From assembly GCA_044892525.1 (NCBI GenBank), contig CM097885.1, forward strand, positions 11,348,001 to 11,412,000: 64,000 nucleotides of DNA, written 5' to 3'. The notes below the pieces were generated by a model. It was not told the origin of the DNA. It saw only the letters and a program-made list of their open reading frames with translations, and made no database searches. Origin of the DNA: Schmidtea polychroa (lineage: Eukaryota). A program made the position numbers and the translations under genes. Positions 8,973 to 20,752 of the stretch are shown in pieces; the stretch's first letter is position 1; each line of letters begins with the position of its first letter.

Positions 8973-11567
8973 GTGAACCGATACAACCTCAGAAGTCAGA
9001 AACAAGTCCAAATGGCAAATGATAATGCTGTTATGCCTCTCAATAGAGAGATGATTGATTTCGCAAGTTGCCAGAAATTACCCGTCAATCAATATGGAGG
9101 AGACCCTGTCGAATTTGCAGATTTCATGGGAGATTATTATATGTACGCCTCAGCATACGGATGGACACAAGCCATTATGGTTCAGAGATTCCCACTCTAT
9201 CTGAAGGGTGCGGCAAGAGAAGCCTGGCAGCAAGTCGACAAACGAAATGTTGGTAATGATTGGACCAAATTGAAGGATGCAATGGCACTGAAACTGGTTG
9301 GTGGAGATATCAAAAGAATCATGCGACAGAAATTTTATAATCGAGTTCAAGGTCCAGATGAATCGGTCAGTGAGTTTGCTTATCATCTAACCACTTTAGC
9401 AGATAAAGCCTTTGAAGTTAAACCAGACCAAGCAGATATGGCCAAGCAGGTTAAAGAGCTATTAGAAGATCAGTTTATAACCGGAGTCCACTCCGAAATT
9501 AAAAAAGCCCTATGTTATGTGGATTTTTCCAATTTCGATGAGCTCGTGAAGAAAGCCATGAAGATAGAGCTGAATTTGAAAAGTGCAAAAAGATCAGATG
9601 CTTTTGGAGTTAATGTGGAGAGACGTGAGCGGTCAATTACGCCTGTGAGAGCACCATGGGATGAAAAGAAAATAAATCAAATCAGTAGTCCAATTTTGAG
9701 ACCCAATAATAGATTCCAAGCCAGTAGATCAGCCATGAATGTACAATCAAATGGACAGGTAAATAATCCTCAATGCGAACATTGCAAAAAGTCTGGACAC
9801 TATTCAAATCAATGTTGGTTCAAATATGGGAAAAATCCCAGCCCTAACAAGAGATTCACAGAAAACAAACGGATCAGCTGTGATGTCGAATGCTATTGAT
9901 GCGGAAAGAAAGGGCATATTAGCAGAAACTGTTTTACCAGATCAAGATCATCGTCAACGTCACCTTCACCACAAAGGGACAAAGTGAATACAAATGGACA
10001 GATACAATGTCATTCGTGCAAGGGATACGGCCACATGGCGCGATCATGCCCAAGGAACTCAGAAAGATTCAGCAGACCTATTTTAAAGAAATCGATCAGA
10101 TTCCAAGAAGATATGCCAAACACCAGTAACATGACATATGCTCAGAGAGAGGAATTTCAAGACAAAATGGAAAAGGAATTTCGAGAAATGCGACAGAAGC
10201 TGAACAAATTAGTGGTGAAATTTGAATCAGATGAGGAAACTGAATCTCATATGATAATTGGAACCGTGTCAGAAGGTGAGGGAAAACCTGCCACGAAAGT
10301 GCGAAAGATCGCATCAGATGAGAATCCAACTGCACTGTTAGCCCGAGTTGAAAAATGGCTTGAGAAAATGGAAACTGACAACTCCCAGTTGAAACGATGG
10401 ATCGCAGAACTCAGCGTGATGACACTAACCCAAAGCGAACTAAAGAGAGCCATAAATTTCTGTGCAAAGTTATTCAAAGGAAACAGAGACGATGAGATAC
10501 TTAAACAAATGCAAAAGTTTGGCAAGGCTTTACGGTCAACAAGGGATTTAGCTGATATCATAGTGGAAACGACGGGACTTGATAATGTGAAGTGCCAATT
10601 CCGTGTAAATGCCTACGGACAAATCAGAGAGCTAAAGAAGCGAATACTGCGTCAATACAGTGGATGGCAAGTGCAACTAAAATTTGAGAATCGATGTCTG
10701 GAAGACGAGGAGTACTTGGTAGATTGCGGTCTGATACCAGGCTGGAAAAATAAAGTAAATGTTGTTAATGCTGTTAATACTTTGAATTCAGACAGACAAA
10801 ATTGGGAAAAGATTCTAGCAGATTTACAAGATACCCTGTATGCAGGGAATAGAGATAAAATTAATGCGAGTATCGACTTCATAATGAGCATCGAAATGGA
10901 TCGAGAAATGAAAGAAGGGTTGTTTGAATGCATCGTACCGTATACGAATAAACCGACGAGTTATCAGGCAAAGCTAAAAGAGGTAATTCGAAAACTAGGA
11001 CATGATTATGAGGCGGCAGACGATAGTGCGAAGTCTTTGATAATAGCGTTAAATATTGCGGATCAAAGGATTGAATATCATCAGGAACATTGGAGTGTAA
11101 AAGCAAAGAAAATACGACAAAAAGCAGCGGAGATATTAGGTCATGAAGGAATTATCGTGTTGATGTTCAAAGGACGAGAATTGGATGATGACGAATATTT
11201 ATTAAACTACGGATGTAACCCAAATTGTATTAATAATGTGTACGCAACAAAACAAAGTGATGAAATGGAAAGAGATGCAGTAATAGTACCGTTTTGGCCT
11301 CTGTATGAGGAAATGGATAATGATAATGTAGAGATTAAAACTGAAGTTGTAGATGACCCAGGAGAAATTGATCAAGAAATTAATGAATTGCAGAGATTAG
11401 AAACAATGGAAAATGAGGAGATGGGATCGGAAAATGAAGTTACAAGGGATATCGAGGAATTGAGCACCGATAATAGGGTAATACCGAGCATAGATGAGAT
11501 GAAAAGTGAAGAGAACTTCGTTGAAACGAAAAATGACATCGCGATATTTCGGAAAAAAACAGAATGA
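8973..11567 (+). pseudogene. gag: Gag (capsid plus 3 CCHC knuckles) followed by two ubiquitin-like domains; in-frame TGA at 9897
   Basis: Retrotransposon capsid motifs (LYLKGAAREAW, RVQGPDESVSEFAYHL, EDQFITGV). Knuckles CEHCKKSGHYSNQC, CY*CGKKGHISRNC and CHSCKGYGHMARSC. ORFs 8949 and 9984 are in the same frame. Ubl-like QLKFENRCLEDEEYLVDCG and LMFKGRELDDDEYLLNYG. Confidence 0.88.
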
Positions 11568-12102
11568 TGCGGAAATTGAATCTTTGAGTTTAGATGAATC
11601 AAGCAGGACTGAGCGAATATTAAAAAGTTTAGTTACGAAATTGTACTTGTTAGATGAAACTGAAACAGAAGAAGATGATACTTCGGAGGGGGAGAAAAGA
11701 GTTGTAAAAAGATTGGCAACGGAATTAAAGAGGAGATTACCGTCGATAATTAAAAGGAATTATGAAGAAAAGGAATTTTGTGAGGAAGCAGTAATTGAGG
11801 ACCTAACACGAACCGAGTTGGATCGAGATGTAATATTGACAGTGCTAGCCTATATAATATTGGAGATTGGTATTTATGGTTGTCTGGAAAGTGACAATTC
11901 AAAATCATTGATAAAGAAAGCTAGTGAAATGACGAATAAATATTTGACTAAATGGATCGCAAACAATGGCGGATGGGAAAAGTTAATACAAAAGGCTGAG
12001 AGCCCAAAAACAGAGACAGTGAGGAAAAAGGGAAAACTTGCATTTCCATGGTTGATGATTTCTATTATTATGTTATTGGGAATAATAAACACGACGAATT
12101 CA
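11560..12102 (+). CDS. Bcl-2-like domain within the retroelement polyprotein, ending in a hydrophobic anchor/signal peptide
   Basis: BH2-like LTKWIANNGGWEKL (WIANNGGW at 11953-11976), degenerate BH1-like ELDRDVILTVLAY and BH3-position helix VVKRLATELKRR, then RKKGK and a hydrophobic stretch. Confidence 0.65.
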
Positions 12103-13885
12103 TTGGTGGCATACGACTGCTCCCAAACCGAAATGGGAAGAGTATATTCGTTGGTAAACGTAGCAGAGTGTTCGGATGCATATCCAGTAAAATTTAAAGT
12201 GACAAATCCAGTAAAATATTATGTATATCAAGAATCGGGGTTTCGACGAGCAAAGGTGAGGGAGTGTACAGTGAAACGAACTACTTTTGTATTTTATTGT
12301 GGAAAATGGAGCCACTCATCGATGGTGAAAATGCAATCGATACCGAGAACGATAGAAATAATTCCAGAGAATTGTTTGGCAGCCTTTCAAACAGGACAGT
12401 TGAAAATAAATGCAGATATCAAACTACAAGCAAAGCTTAACCACAAAATCCGTGAGACTGTAACCGTGCGAGGGATAATAGAGTCGAATGGTGATTGCCA
12501 AGGAGAGCCATACAAAATAGACGATGCTATAATTGACAAAGCCGTGGTTGTGGAAGAGTACATGTCAGAATTAAGAGAATTTGATGGATCATTTGATGAT
12601 GATACTGGTAAACTACAAACACATCCATTCTGCAACATGAAACAATCTAGCTGTCAGACAGGCGAATCAATCTTGGTGTACGATGTCGATACCAAAAAGT
12701 GCAATTTAGTGCAATTGAAGTCAATGAGTTTTAAAGAAATAACGGGAGAACAGATCAGGGAAAAGCCTGAGAAAATAAGAATGGATCCAGCAACGAGCAC
12801 AACAACAAGAATCACACCTCTACGGATGAAAGATACTCCAACAGTGTTAATGTCAACCTCGGAGGAAGATGGGATGCGCTTCCTGAGAAAAGAAACTAAA
12901 ACAAAGTGTGGACAAAATGTCTATGAGACAAATTATAAAGGTATATATGTATCTCAGAAAATGATTACAGAGGCCCAAACAAACATACATGCCGGAGATA
13001 TCAAGTTGACAAATTACTTTAATAACAAAATAGACTATTTATTTCACTTTGGTCAAAATACTGTTGAAAATGTGTACCGAGAAGTTATTATAAATGATTG
13101 CAATCTCAATAAAGAAATACTCCGAAATCGGATGGCAATGGCTATAACCAATCCTAATTTGGTAACACCAATGTTAATTGCAGAAAATGGAGTGTTCGCC
13201 AGAATTTTCGGTGAAGCACTATATAGCTATAAATGTAAAGCGGTACCAGTGAAACTGACAAAGTATGACCAATGCACCAACGAGTTACCAGTGAATTTAA
13301 ATGGAAAGTTGCGATTTATGGAGCCTGTAACACGAATATTACTGGAAGAGGACGTGAAACCGAAAGTATTACAGTGCAATAGATTGTTGGCACCATTATA
13401 CAGACTAACACCAGAATCTTGGATTGCATTACCAGATCATCGAGAAGTAAAGACACCGGAAAACTTAGAATTGACAGAATTACAATATCTGGTAAATTTT
13501 ACGTCGTTAGAAAAATTGTCGCAAAGTGGAATTTACTCGAGCGAAGACATTGAGGAAGCTCACAGAAACTTGTTATTTCCATCAAAGAAGGAAAGAGTAA
13601 TAATGGAAATGGTAGATACAATTCTCCCAAGCGGAAGTGGGAAGGTAAATTATGAGTATTTGTTAACTCCAGATCATTACAAGAAAGCGACGTATAATAC
13701 AATCTAGGGAAAGTTTATGTTCATTGGACAAGCGTGTGCCGGATTGATTGGAATTTATGTAATATGTGTTGTAATCAAAGTAATAATATCGCAGGTCCTA
13801 TCAACACACAGATTATACGCGATCACAGGTTGGTCGTGGAAACTAGTAATTGGGTGCATACCATTATTGGCTAGATTCTTCATTA
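12103..13885 (+). CDS. env: Envelope glycoprotein, chuvirus-like (probable class III fusogen); TAG at 13705
   Basis: Signal peptide then LVAYDC, a Cys-rich ectodomain, YFNNKIDY, DCNLNKEIL, GEALYSYKC and CTNELPV...FMEPVTRIL, then C-terminal FIGQACAGLIGIYVICVVIKVII TM region. This pattern matches chuvirus-type G proteins as I recall them. Confidence 0.8.
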
Positions 13886-14289
13886 CTCATCATCAATATC
13901 AGGAGTTGGAGATACTCAAGGCTCGAATATTAAAGAAGAAAAAGGTGAGCTACGCTAGTACTACCCCTTCAAGGGACGAGAATAATGACAATGACAACGA
14001 GGGTGATAGTGCACCGTTATATGTTGACAATCAAGAACTAAGTGGAATGAATAAAGAAGCGTTAAGAACTTATCAAATCTTAAAAGAACCACTGTTAAAT
14101 GCGAGTAGCGTAGACACATTTACAAAATTGTGTATACCAAAATCATTTATGCAACCAGCACCAGTGTATCCAGTTGATCGATTACGAGAGATGAAACCAG
14201 TGGAAAATATCGCATTACAATGTGAAGGAAAGGTGGGAGAGAGAATCGAGCCTTCTAGCGCAGAGATCGAGAGAAAAAATATGTTAGGC

Positions 14290-17200
14290 TTACCATGCAA
14301 CTACTCATTGATGACATTAACAAAAAGAGGAAAGCAACCCCGAATATTTACACAAATGAACAAACATAAAGTGGAAGCTTTAGTCGATTCGGGATCTAGT
14401 CACACAATAATATCGGAAAATGTATTAAACGCGAAGGAGAAAATGCGAATAAAGCCTACCGACGAAATAGTGAGGTCATTATCAAAAAATGAATTCAACA
14501 TAATTGGACAACTTAACGTCATATTCTATATTGGAGATCGAATAATAGCGCACGATGCGCTCATAATGAAGGGAAGTCCAGTACGATGTCTGATCGGCAT
14601 GGATATATTAGAGCAGCTGGACGGAGTCTCACTTAATTTAAAGACAGGTAATTTGATAGCAGGAGAAACAGGAGAAATAATTCACAGGGCAGGTGAAGTG
14701 TTTGTGAATCAGACATTGACAATACCACCAGAATCGGAGATGGTATATTGTGCAAATACCATGAGTGTGGATAATGGTGATTTTATATTCGAACCAAATC
14801 AAACGCTAGTCGAAAAATATGATTTACCGATATGTGACGAAGTTGTCAAAGTGGAAAATCAGATAGTACCAGTCCATATAACGAATAGCAGTAAGAAACC
14901 GGTTCAGCTACACCCAAAAACAAAATTGGGAAAATTATCAAAAATGTCTATTGAAACAAATTGCAAAATACCAAGAAACGTCAAAGTGTATAAGGAGCCT
15001 GAAGTGGTAAGCAATGATTTAAATGAGAGGCAGAAAAAGGAATTTACAAAACTGTTGAGAAAATACCAAGATATCTTTGCTAAACACGAATATGATTTAG
15101 GTTTAACCAATGTAATTGAGCATGAAATACCGTTATTAGACGAAACTCCAATAAAAATAAAGCCATACAGAATCCCCTACGTTCATCAAGATGAAAGTGA
15201 TAGACAGATTACAGCAATGAAGGAATTTGGAATAATTCGAGATAGCGCGTCACCATTCTCCTCATCAATAGTGATAGTTAAGAAAAAAGATGGAGACTTA
15301 CGATTTTGCGTAGATTATCGGAAGCTAAATCAAGTTACGAGGAAAGACACTTATCCAATTCCGGTACCCCAAGAAATGTTTGATCAAATGGGAGAGGCAC
15401 GATATTTCACAGTTATTGATTTAAACAAAGGGTACAATCAATTTAGAGTAAAAGAGGAAGATAGAGGAAAGACGGCGTTCTCGGATGGCAAAGGACTGTA
15501 TGAGTTCAATGTGTTACCATTTGGATTAACAGGAGCCCCAGCTACATTCCAACGAGGAATGAATTATGTGTTACGAGGAATTCGACATGCATTGGTATAT
15601 ATCGACGATATAATAATATTTTCAAATGATTTTGAAGAACATCTGAAAGATGTAGAAACTGTATTTAAACGGCTCAAAAGTGCAAAATTAAAAATCAAAC
15701 CATCGAAATGTGAATGGGGCAAAGCAGAAGTGATTTATGTCGGACATATAATATCACGGCGAGGGTTACAAACTAATCCAGATAACATCAAAAAAGTGGA
15801 AGAGTACCCAGTACCAAAAGATGCCGATGAGGTTAGACAATTTTTAGGTTTGGCTAGCTATTACCGAAAATTTATAAAAGATTTCTCTCATATCGCACAA
15901 CCATTGAATACGTTACTAAAGAAAAACAATAAATTTATTTAGGGACAAATGCAACAAAACGCTTTCAATACATTAAAAGAGAAATTAGTAACAACTCCTA
16001 TATTAAAATGTCCAGATTTTACAAAACAATTTATCTTGATGACGGATGCAAGCAACGTTGCATTGGGTGCGGTATTGGGACAAAAATTTGAAGGTGAAAA
16101 GGACCATGTAATAGCATACGCAAGCAGATCATTGAGGACTCACGAGAAAAACTACTCAACGATTGAAAAGGAAACGTTAGCGTTAGTGTATGGAATTACT
16201 ACTTTTAGACAATATTTATTGGGCAGAAAATTTACTGTTTATACAGATCATAATCCATTACAGTGGTTAATGAAACACAGAGATTCAGCCAGTAAGTTAA
16301 TACGATGGTCAATTGCCCTCCAAGAATACGACTTTGAGATTAAATACCGGACAGGTAAAGCTAACGCGAATGCAGATGCAATGTCGAGAATCCCAGAAAA
16401 TAATAGTGAAGGGACACCTGAAAAAGTGGAAGGCACTATATTCGCTGCAATCAAAGCTGTTAATGATATGTCTGAACTTCAAAATGATCAGGAAAACGAT
16501 AGTGAATTAAAACAATTTATCGAACAAGCGGTCAAAATAAGAAAAGAACAAGACTGGAAACGACTTACAGATGCAAACAGCAAATATGTAATTCATAATG
16601 GAATACTTAAATGTTGGAAAAATGGGGAAGCATTAATTATTATACCAGCCAAGCACAGAGATGCATTACTGATGCAGTATCATGATGGAGCGTTGGGAGG
16701 TCATTTGTCAACGCGCAAGACGCTATCAAGATTAAAATTGAAATACTTTTGGCCAACAATGGAACAAGACGTGAAAAATTGGTGTAACAGTTGCAAAGTA
16801 TGCATCACCCGCAGAAATACTGGTAAAAAGATTAAAGTACCATTAAAACCGATGCCAGTACCTGCAGCACCAATGGAGATGACGGCAATGGATATTCTAG
16901 GACCATTACCGGAAACAACAAAAGGAAACAAATACATTGTTGTTTTTTGTGACTACTTTACCAAATGGCCAGAAGCATACGCTATTCCAAACAAAAAAGC
17001 AGATACGATTGCTAGAATATTTGTGGAAAACATAATATTTCGCTATGGTACTCCAAAGAAATTGTTAACTGATCAAGGAAAGAACTTTCAAAGCGAGATG
17101 TTTAAATCAATCACAGACTTATTTGGAATTTGGAAATTGAATACGTCACCATATCATCCACAAACTGATGGATTGGTGGAACGATTTATTGGGACACTGA

Positions 17201-17745
17201 TAAATATGATCTCATCATATGTGAATCGAAAACAGAAAAATTGGGACGACTTCATAAAGCCGTGTCTATTTGCCTACAGAAATGCAGTAAATCAAAGTAC
17301 AGGAGAGACCCCTTTTTACTTGATGTATTTAAGGAAAAATAATATGCCGATTGATCTCAAATTCCAACCACCAATTTCACAATATATGGAGATACCCGAT
17401 TATAAAGCATTGATGCAAGAAAGAATGCAGTCAGTATGGACTAAAGCCGGTTTGACAATAAAGCACAACCAAGAGAAATATAAAGAATCATACGATAAAA
17501 AAGCACATGCGCATGGCATAAAGATTGGAGATCTAGTATATCTGAACAGACCGGAACCTCTCAAAGGTTTATCGCCTAAATTGCAAAGACCATTTAAAGG
17601 ACCCTACAAAGTGTGCGACACCACCGAAACCAATTTGAAGTTATTACCATTCAGGAGTAAAAAAGCTAACCCGATGATTGTGTATGCAAATCGATGTAAA
17701 CTAGTGCCAGAGGAAGATGAATCTAGATATCCCTTAAGATCCAAG
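14290..17745 (+). pseudogene. pol: Pol: aspartic protease, RT, RNase H, integrase with GPY/F; TAG at 15940
   Basis: ALVDSGS (DSG at 14386), RFCVDYRKLN, LPFGLTGAPATFQR, YIDD (15598), TDAS, H-H-C-C zinc finger, MDILGP, TDQG, DGLVER and GPYKV. Same frame as env upstream. Confidence 0.97.
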
Positions 17746-17811
17746 CAGAATAAAGTAACGGGTCAAACAAAATTGAAACAGAAATTCACTAAAAATCCAA
17801 CACCAGTCAGC

Positions 17812-18945
17812 TACATCAATAAGATATTATATGTAGCAATAATGCTGATGTTAGTAACAGTCGCGAGCGGCAAAAAGATTGACTTGCCATATGCGGTAAA
17901 CAAAATCCAGGTAATGGAGAAAATACATATATATTCCACCCTAACAAATGTAGTATGGAGCTGTAAATGCGAGATCGCAGACCAAATAGAAATTATTAAT
18001 TTACTAGACAATACGGCACCAGAAGTAGAACTGAATTATGATAAAGATACATTTGCAGTACAAAATTTAAAGCCAAATTTGAAATACCAATGGCTGTTGA
18101 GACAGAACATGTCAAAGTGGTACACGCAAATTCCGATAGAAGTGCACACAAAAGAGATGCGAAACTTGATCGAGATAGAACCAGAGATAAACAGAATCAA
18201 TATATATTGGAAGCCAGTGGACTTGGTGAAAGTGCGAATCACATTTCAAGGGTTAAATGTCAACACCCTTAACTCGCGAAAATCATTTATCCGCTACGAG
18301 AAATTGAAAATGAATCAAAATTATTCAGTTAATGCAAACTACTACGAGAACATATGCCTCAAAAATGGAACGGTAGTGAGAAACCAATGGTCACGATTTA
18401 AGAGTGAGACCCAGTCTATCTATCTCGGAGACGAGTCAAATCGTATAACCCTGAGTGTTGGAAATGGACCGGTAACAATATATAGAAAATCAGGAAATGA
18501 TGAAAGAGTTGTTATTATCTACAAACAAAAAACCCTGACTATATTAGATGCCGGTAATCATTTTTTTACACTTTACACTTCTGATTTAGAGACGGCATGG
18601 GAATTAACAGTTAAATATCAGCGATGGATAACCGAACCAGGCAGATGGCAAACAGTTTTCGTGGAAGTCAAGACAATCAATGAATCGAAACGAAAATCAA
18701 ATACAACTACATCACCTTTCCAATTACCGGCCCAAGAGACGACAAAACCTAACTCAAATAAACTAATGATGATAAATTCGGACTTGACAGTCAACTATTG
18801 TGAATATCTCATTTACATTTTAATAACAGGTTTTCTCATCTTATCAATAACATTCATAATCATCACCATCTCGATATGTGTAAAAGAGAGACAACTAACT
18901 ATCCTTCAACCACCATCATATTCATATTATGAGACAAGACTATAA
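17812..18945 (+). CDS. Second type I membrane protein fused in frame after integrase
   Basis: Internal signal-like KILYVAIMLMLVTVASG, about 300 aa beta-rich ectodomain with N-X-S/T sites, S/T/P stalk, TM YLIYILITGFLILSITFIIITISICV and tail PPSY. Confidence 0.7.
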   Translation, partial: YINKILYVAIMLMLVTVASGKKIDLPYAVNKIQVMEKIHIYSTLTNVVWSCKCEIADQIEIINLLDNTAPEVELNYDKDTFAVQNLKPNLKYQWLLRQNMSKWYTQIPIEVHTKEMRNLIEIEPEINRINIYWKPVDLVKVRITFQGLNVNTLNSRKSFIRYEKLKMNQNYSVNANYYENICLKNGTVVRNQWSRFKSETQSIYLGDESNRITLSVGNGPVTIYRKSGNDERVVIIYKQKTLTILDAGNHFFTLYTSDLETAWELTVKYQRWITEPGRWQTVFVEVKTINESKRKSNTTTSPFQLPAQETTKPNSNKLMMINSDLTVNYCEYLIYILITGFLILSITFIIITISICVKERQLTILQPPSYSYYETRL

Positions 18946-19124
18946 ATTGTGATCTGCATGCTATAAATAGTGTATAAAAATATATTATATTTATATCAAC
19001 AATGTGCATGTTTTATAAGTACCATAGGATGAACTGTGTAATTTGTTTGAGATTCGAAGCGAGGTGTTGATGCTTTGCGAATAAAGAGTGATACAAAAAA
19101 ATGACTATTATTTAATTTCAGAGA

Positions 19125-19370
19125 ATGCAAGAAGCCTCGGAGATGACATGCAAAGAGTGTAAAACAAGTACGCAAGAACTAAAGCAAAAGTTTCGTAGCA
19201 TGCAGGGCAGAATAACAGATTTGGAGGAAGAAAACTTCCGTCTGAAAAGGCGGTTGGACCGTTTGGAAATCTTATTGTTTCAACACGAAGCCGATTTCGC
19301 GATGTTTCGAATGAGAGTAGAAGAAATGGAGGAATCGGAAGATGATGGTGAGATAAATCAATTAGACTAA
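19125..19370 (+). CDS. Accessory ORF: CxxC plus coiled coil with acidic tail; probably expressed from a spliced RNA
   Basis: CKEC followed by a heptad pattern; acceptor-like ttaatttcag just upstream; AATAAA just after the stop. Confidence 0.55.
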   Translation: MQEASEMTCKECKTSTQELKQKFRSMQGRITDLEEENFRLKRRLDRLEILLFQHEADFAMFRMRVEEMEESEDDGEINQLD

Positions 19371-19788
19371 AAAAATAAATTATTTAAACGGACCCTGTTG
19401 GTGTTTTTTCGTCCTCGAGAAAAATAAAATAATAGTTTAAATAAATATAAGTAACAAATTAGCAAATAAATAATCAAATGAATAAACAAATTAATATAAA
19501 TAAATAGCAAAGTGAGAAATCAAATAAATAATAGATAAAAATAAACAAAGTTAAACGAGCAAATAGAATACAAATAGAATAACTCGAAATGGCTGATTAG
19601 TAATTAATGAATTAGCATAACAATATAGCAATGGGTAACCTACTGGGGCGAGAGAACAAAATTATAAATAGGTAAGGAATAATTTCACATTAGTAGTAAC
19701 AAAGACTAATCGCGAAGAGGGATACAATTACCCCACCCTTTCTAGCATAAATTAAAAACAAAGGTATGCTGAACATTTATTCAAAGTT

Positions 19789-20489
19789 TTATTCTTCATC
19801 AGAGTCCAGCAGAACGGGACTTTGGATGCCACAGTCCCATTCCCTGCGTACATTGCAAGGCGGGCGTCTTTCAAACCTACTGCCTGTATCCACACAGGCA
19901 AAGGTGCGTTTCAATCCCTTTCGACGCGGTGGCAAAGGGACCCTGAAAAAGAAATTTAAAAACCTGTTAATATGGCAGTCAAATAACCATTGCATAACAT
20001 CGAGATATTCAAACTTAGGTTCTGAGACAGCCTAAAATAGTAAGGGTTGAAAAGAAAAAATGAAATAAATACTATGTAAAACTCCGTACCATGGCGCCCT
20101 CGACAAATAGTTAGTGCAGAGAAGTAATTGATTTTAAGAATTACGTAATAAATTAATATACGGCTAAAATTGTCAAAAAAAAATGCAAGCGCAATCATTA
20201 GCAAATACGAGTAGGTTTGCTTTTAGTAAATACAAAAATTAAAAATCAAAAATATATACCCCAAATCATGAGTGTAGTATAGGAAGTTGCATAACAAATT
20301 AATAAAATTAAAAAGTAAATAAGTTAATTTAATAAGCAACACGAGCACTTGCAATCACCGGGGTTTGGCTACCCTGGACAGCGACTGCAAATGTTCGGTT
20401 GCTGGGAGGGAACGCATTCCTAATAGTTGAGGACAGCATGGTAAAAAGAATCACAAAAAAATAAAAGACAAGTAATCACTTACGTCCAT
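19789..20489 (-). CDS. Antisense spliced accessory gene (about 82 aa)
   Basis: Minus-strand TATA at 20607-20615, 50 nt UTR intron 20511-20560, ATG GAC then GTAAGT donor at 20483. The acceptor at 20032 joins in frame to ORF 19789-19995, and AATAAA overlaps the stop. Confidence 0.55.
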
Positions 20490-20617
20490 ATTAATTGAGG
20501 GATGTCGTTACTAAAATTCAAAAAAAAATATGAAAAAGAAATAAAATATAAAATGCTTACTTGAAGATTGGCAAGACAAAACTAATGAAAAGTGGTAAAG
20601 CAGAAACTTATATAGAA

Positions 20618-20752
20618 CGCTTATCAGTACAGGCTACGTTAAGAAACCACAGGGTAATTAATTAGAAAGCTTATCAGCACGGGCTGCGTTAAGAAACCAC
20701 AGGGTAATTAATTATAGAGCCTATCAGTATCGGCTACGTCAAAAACCTCAAG
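20618..20752. promoter_or_regulatory. About 2.5 copies of a ~50 bp repeat upstream of the antisense TATA box
   Basis: cttatcag..ggct.cgttaagaaaccacagggtaattaatt is repeated. Confidence 0.5.

Noticed and set aside
11548..11567. Programmed -1 frameshift at GGAAAAAAAC
   Set aside because: As assembled, the downstream frame needs +1, so a homopolymer indel is simpler. It cannot be fully excluded without other copies.
13705..15942. Programmed readthrough or editing-type hypermutation at the two TAG codons
   Set aside because: Both sit where Trp is plausible (TGG>TAG), one inside Pol. Two events are too few to infer a mechanism, and ordinary decay suffices.
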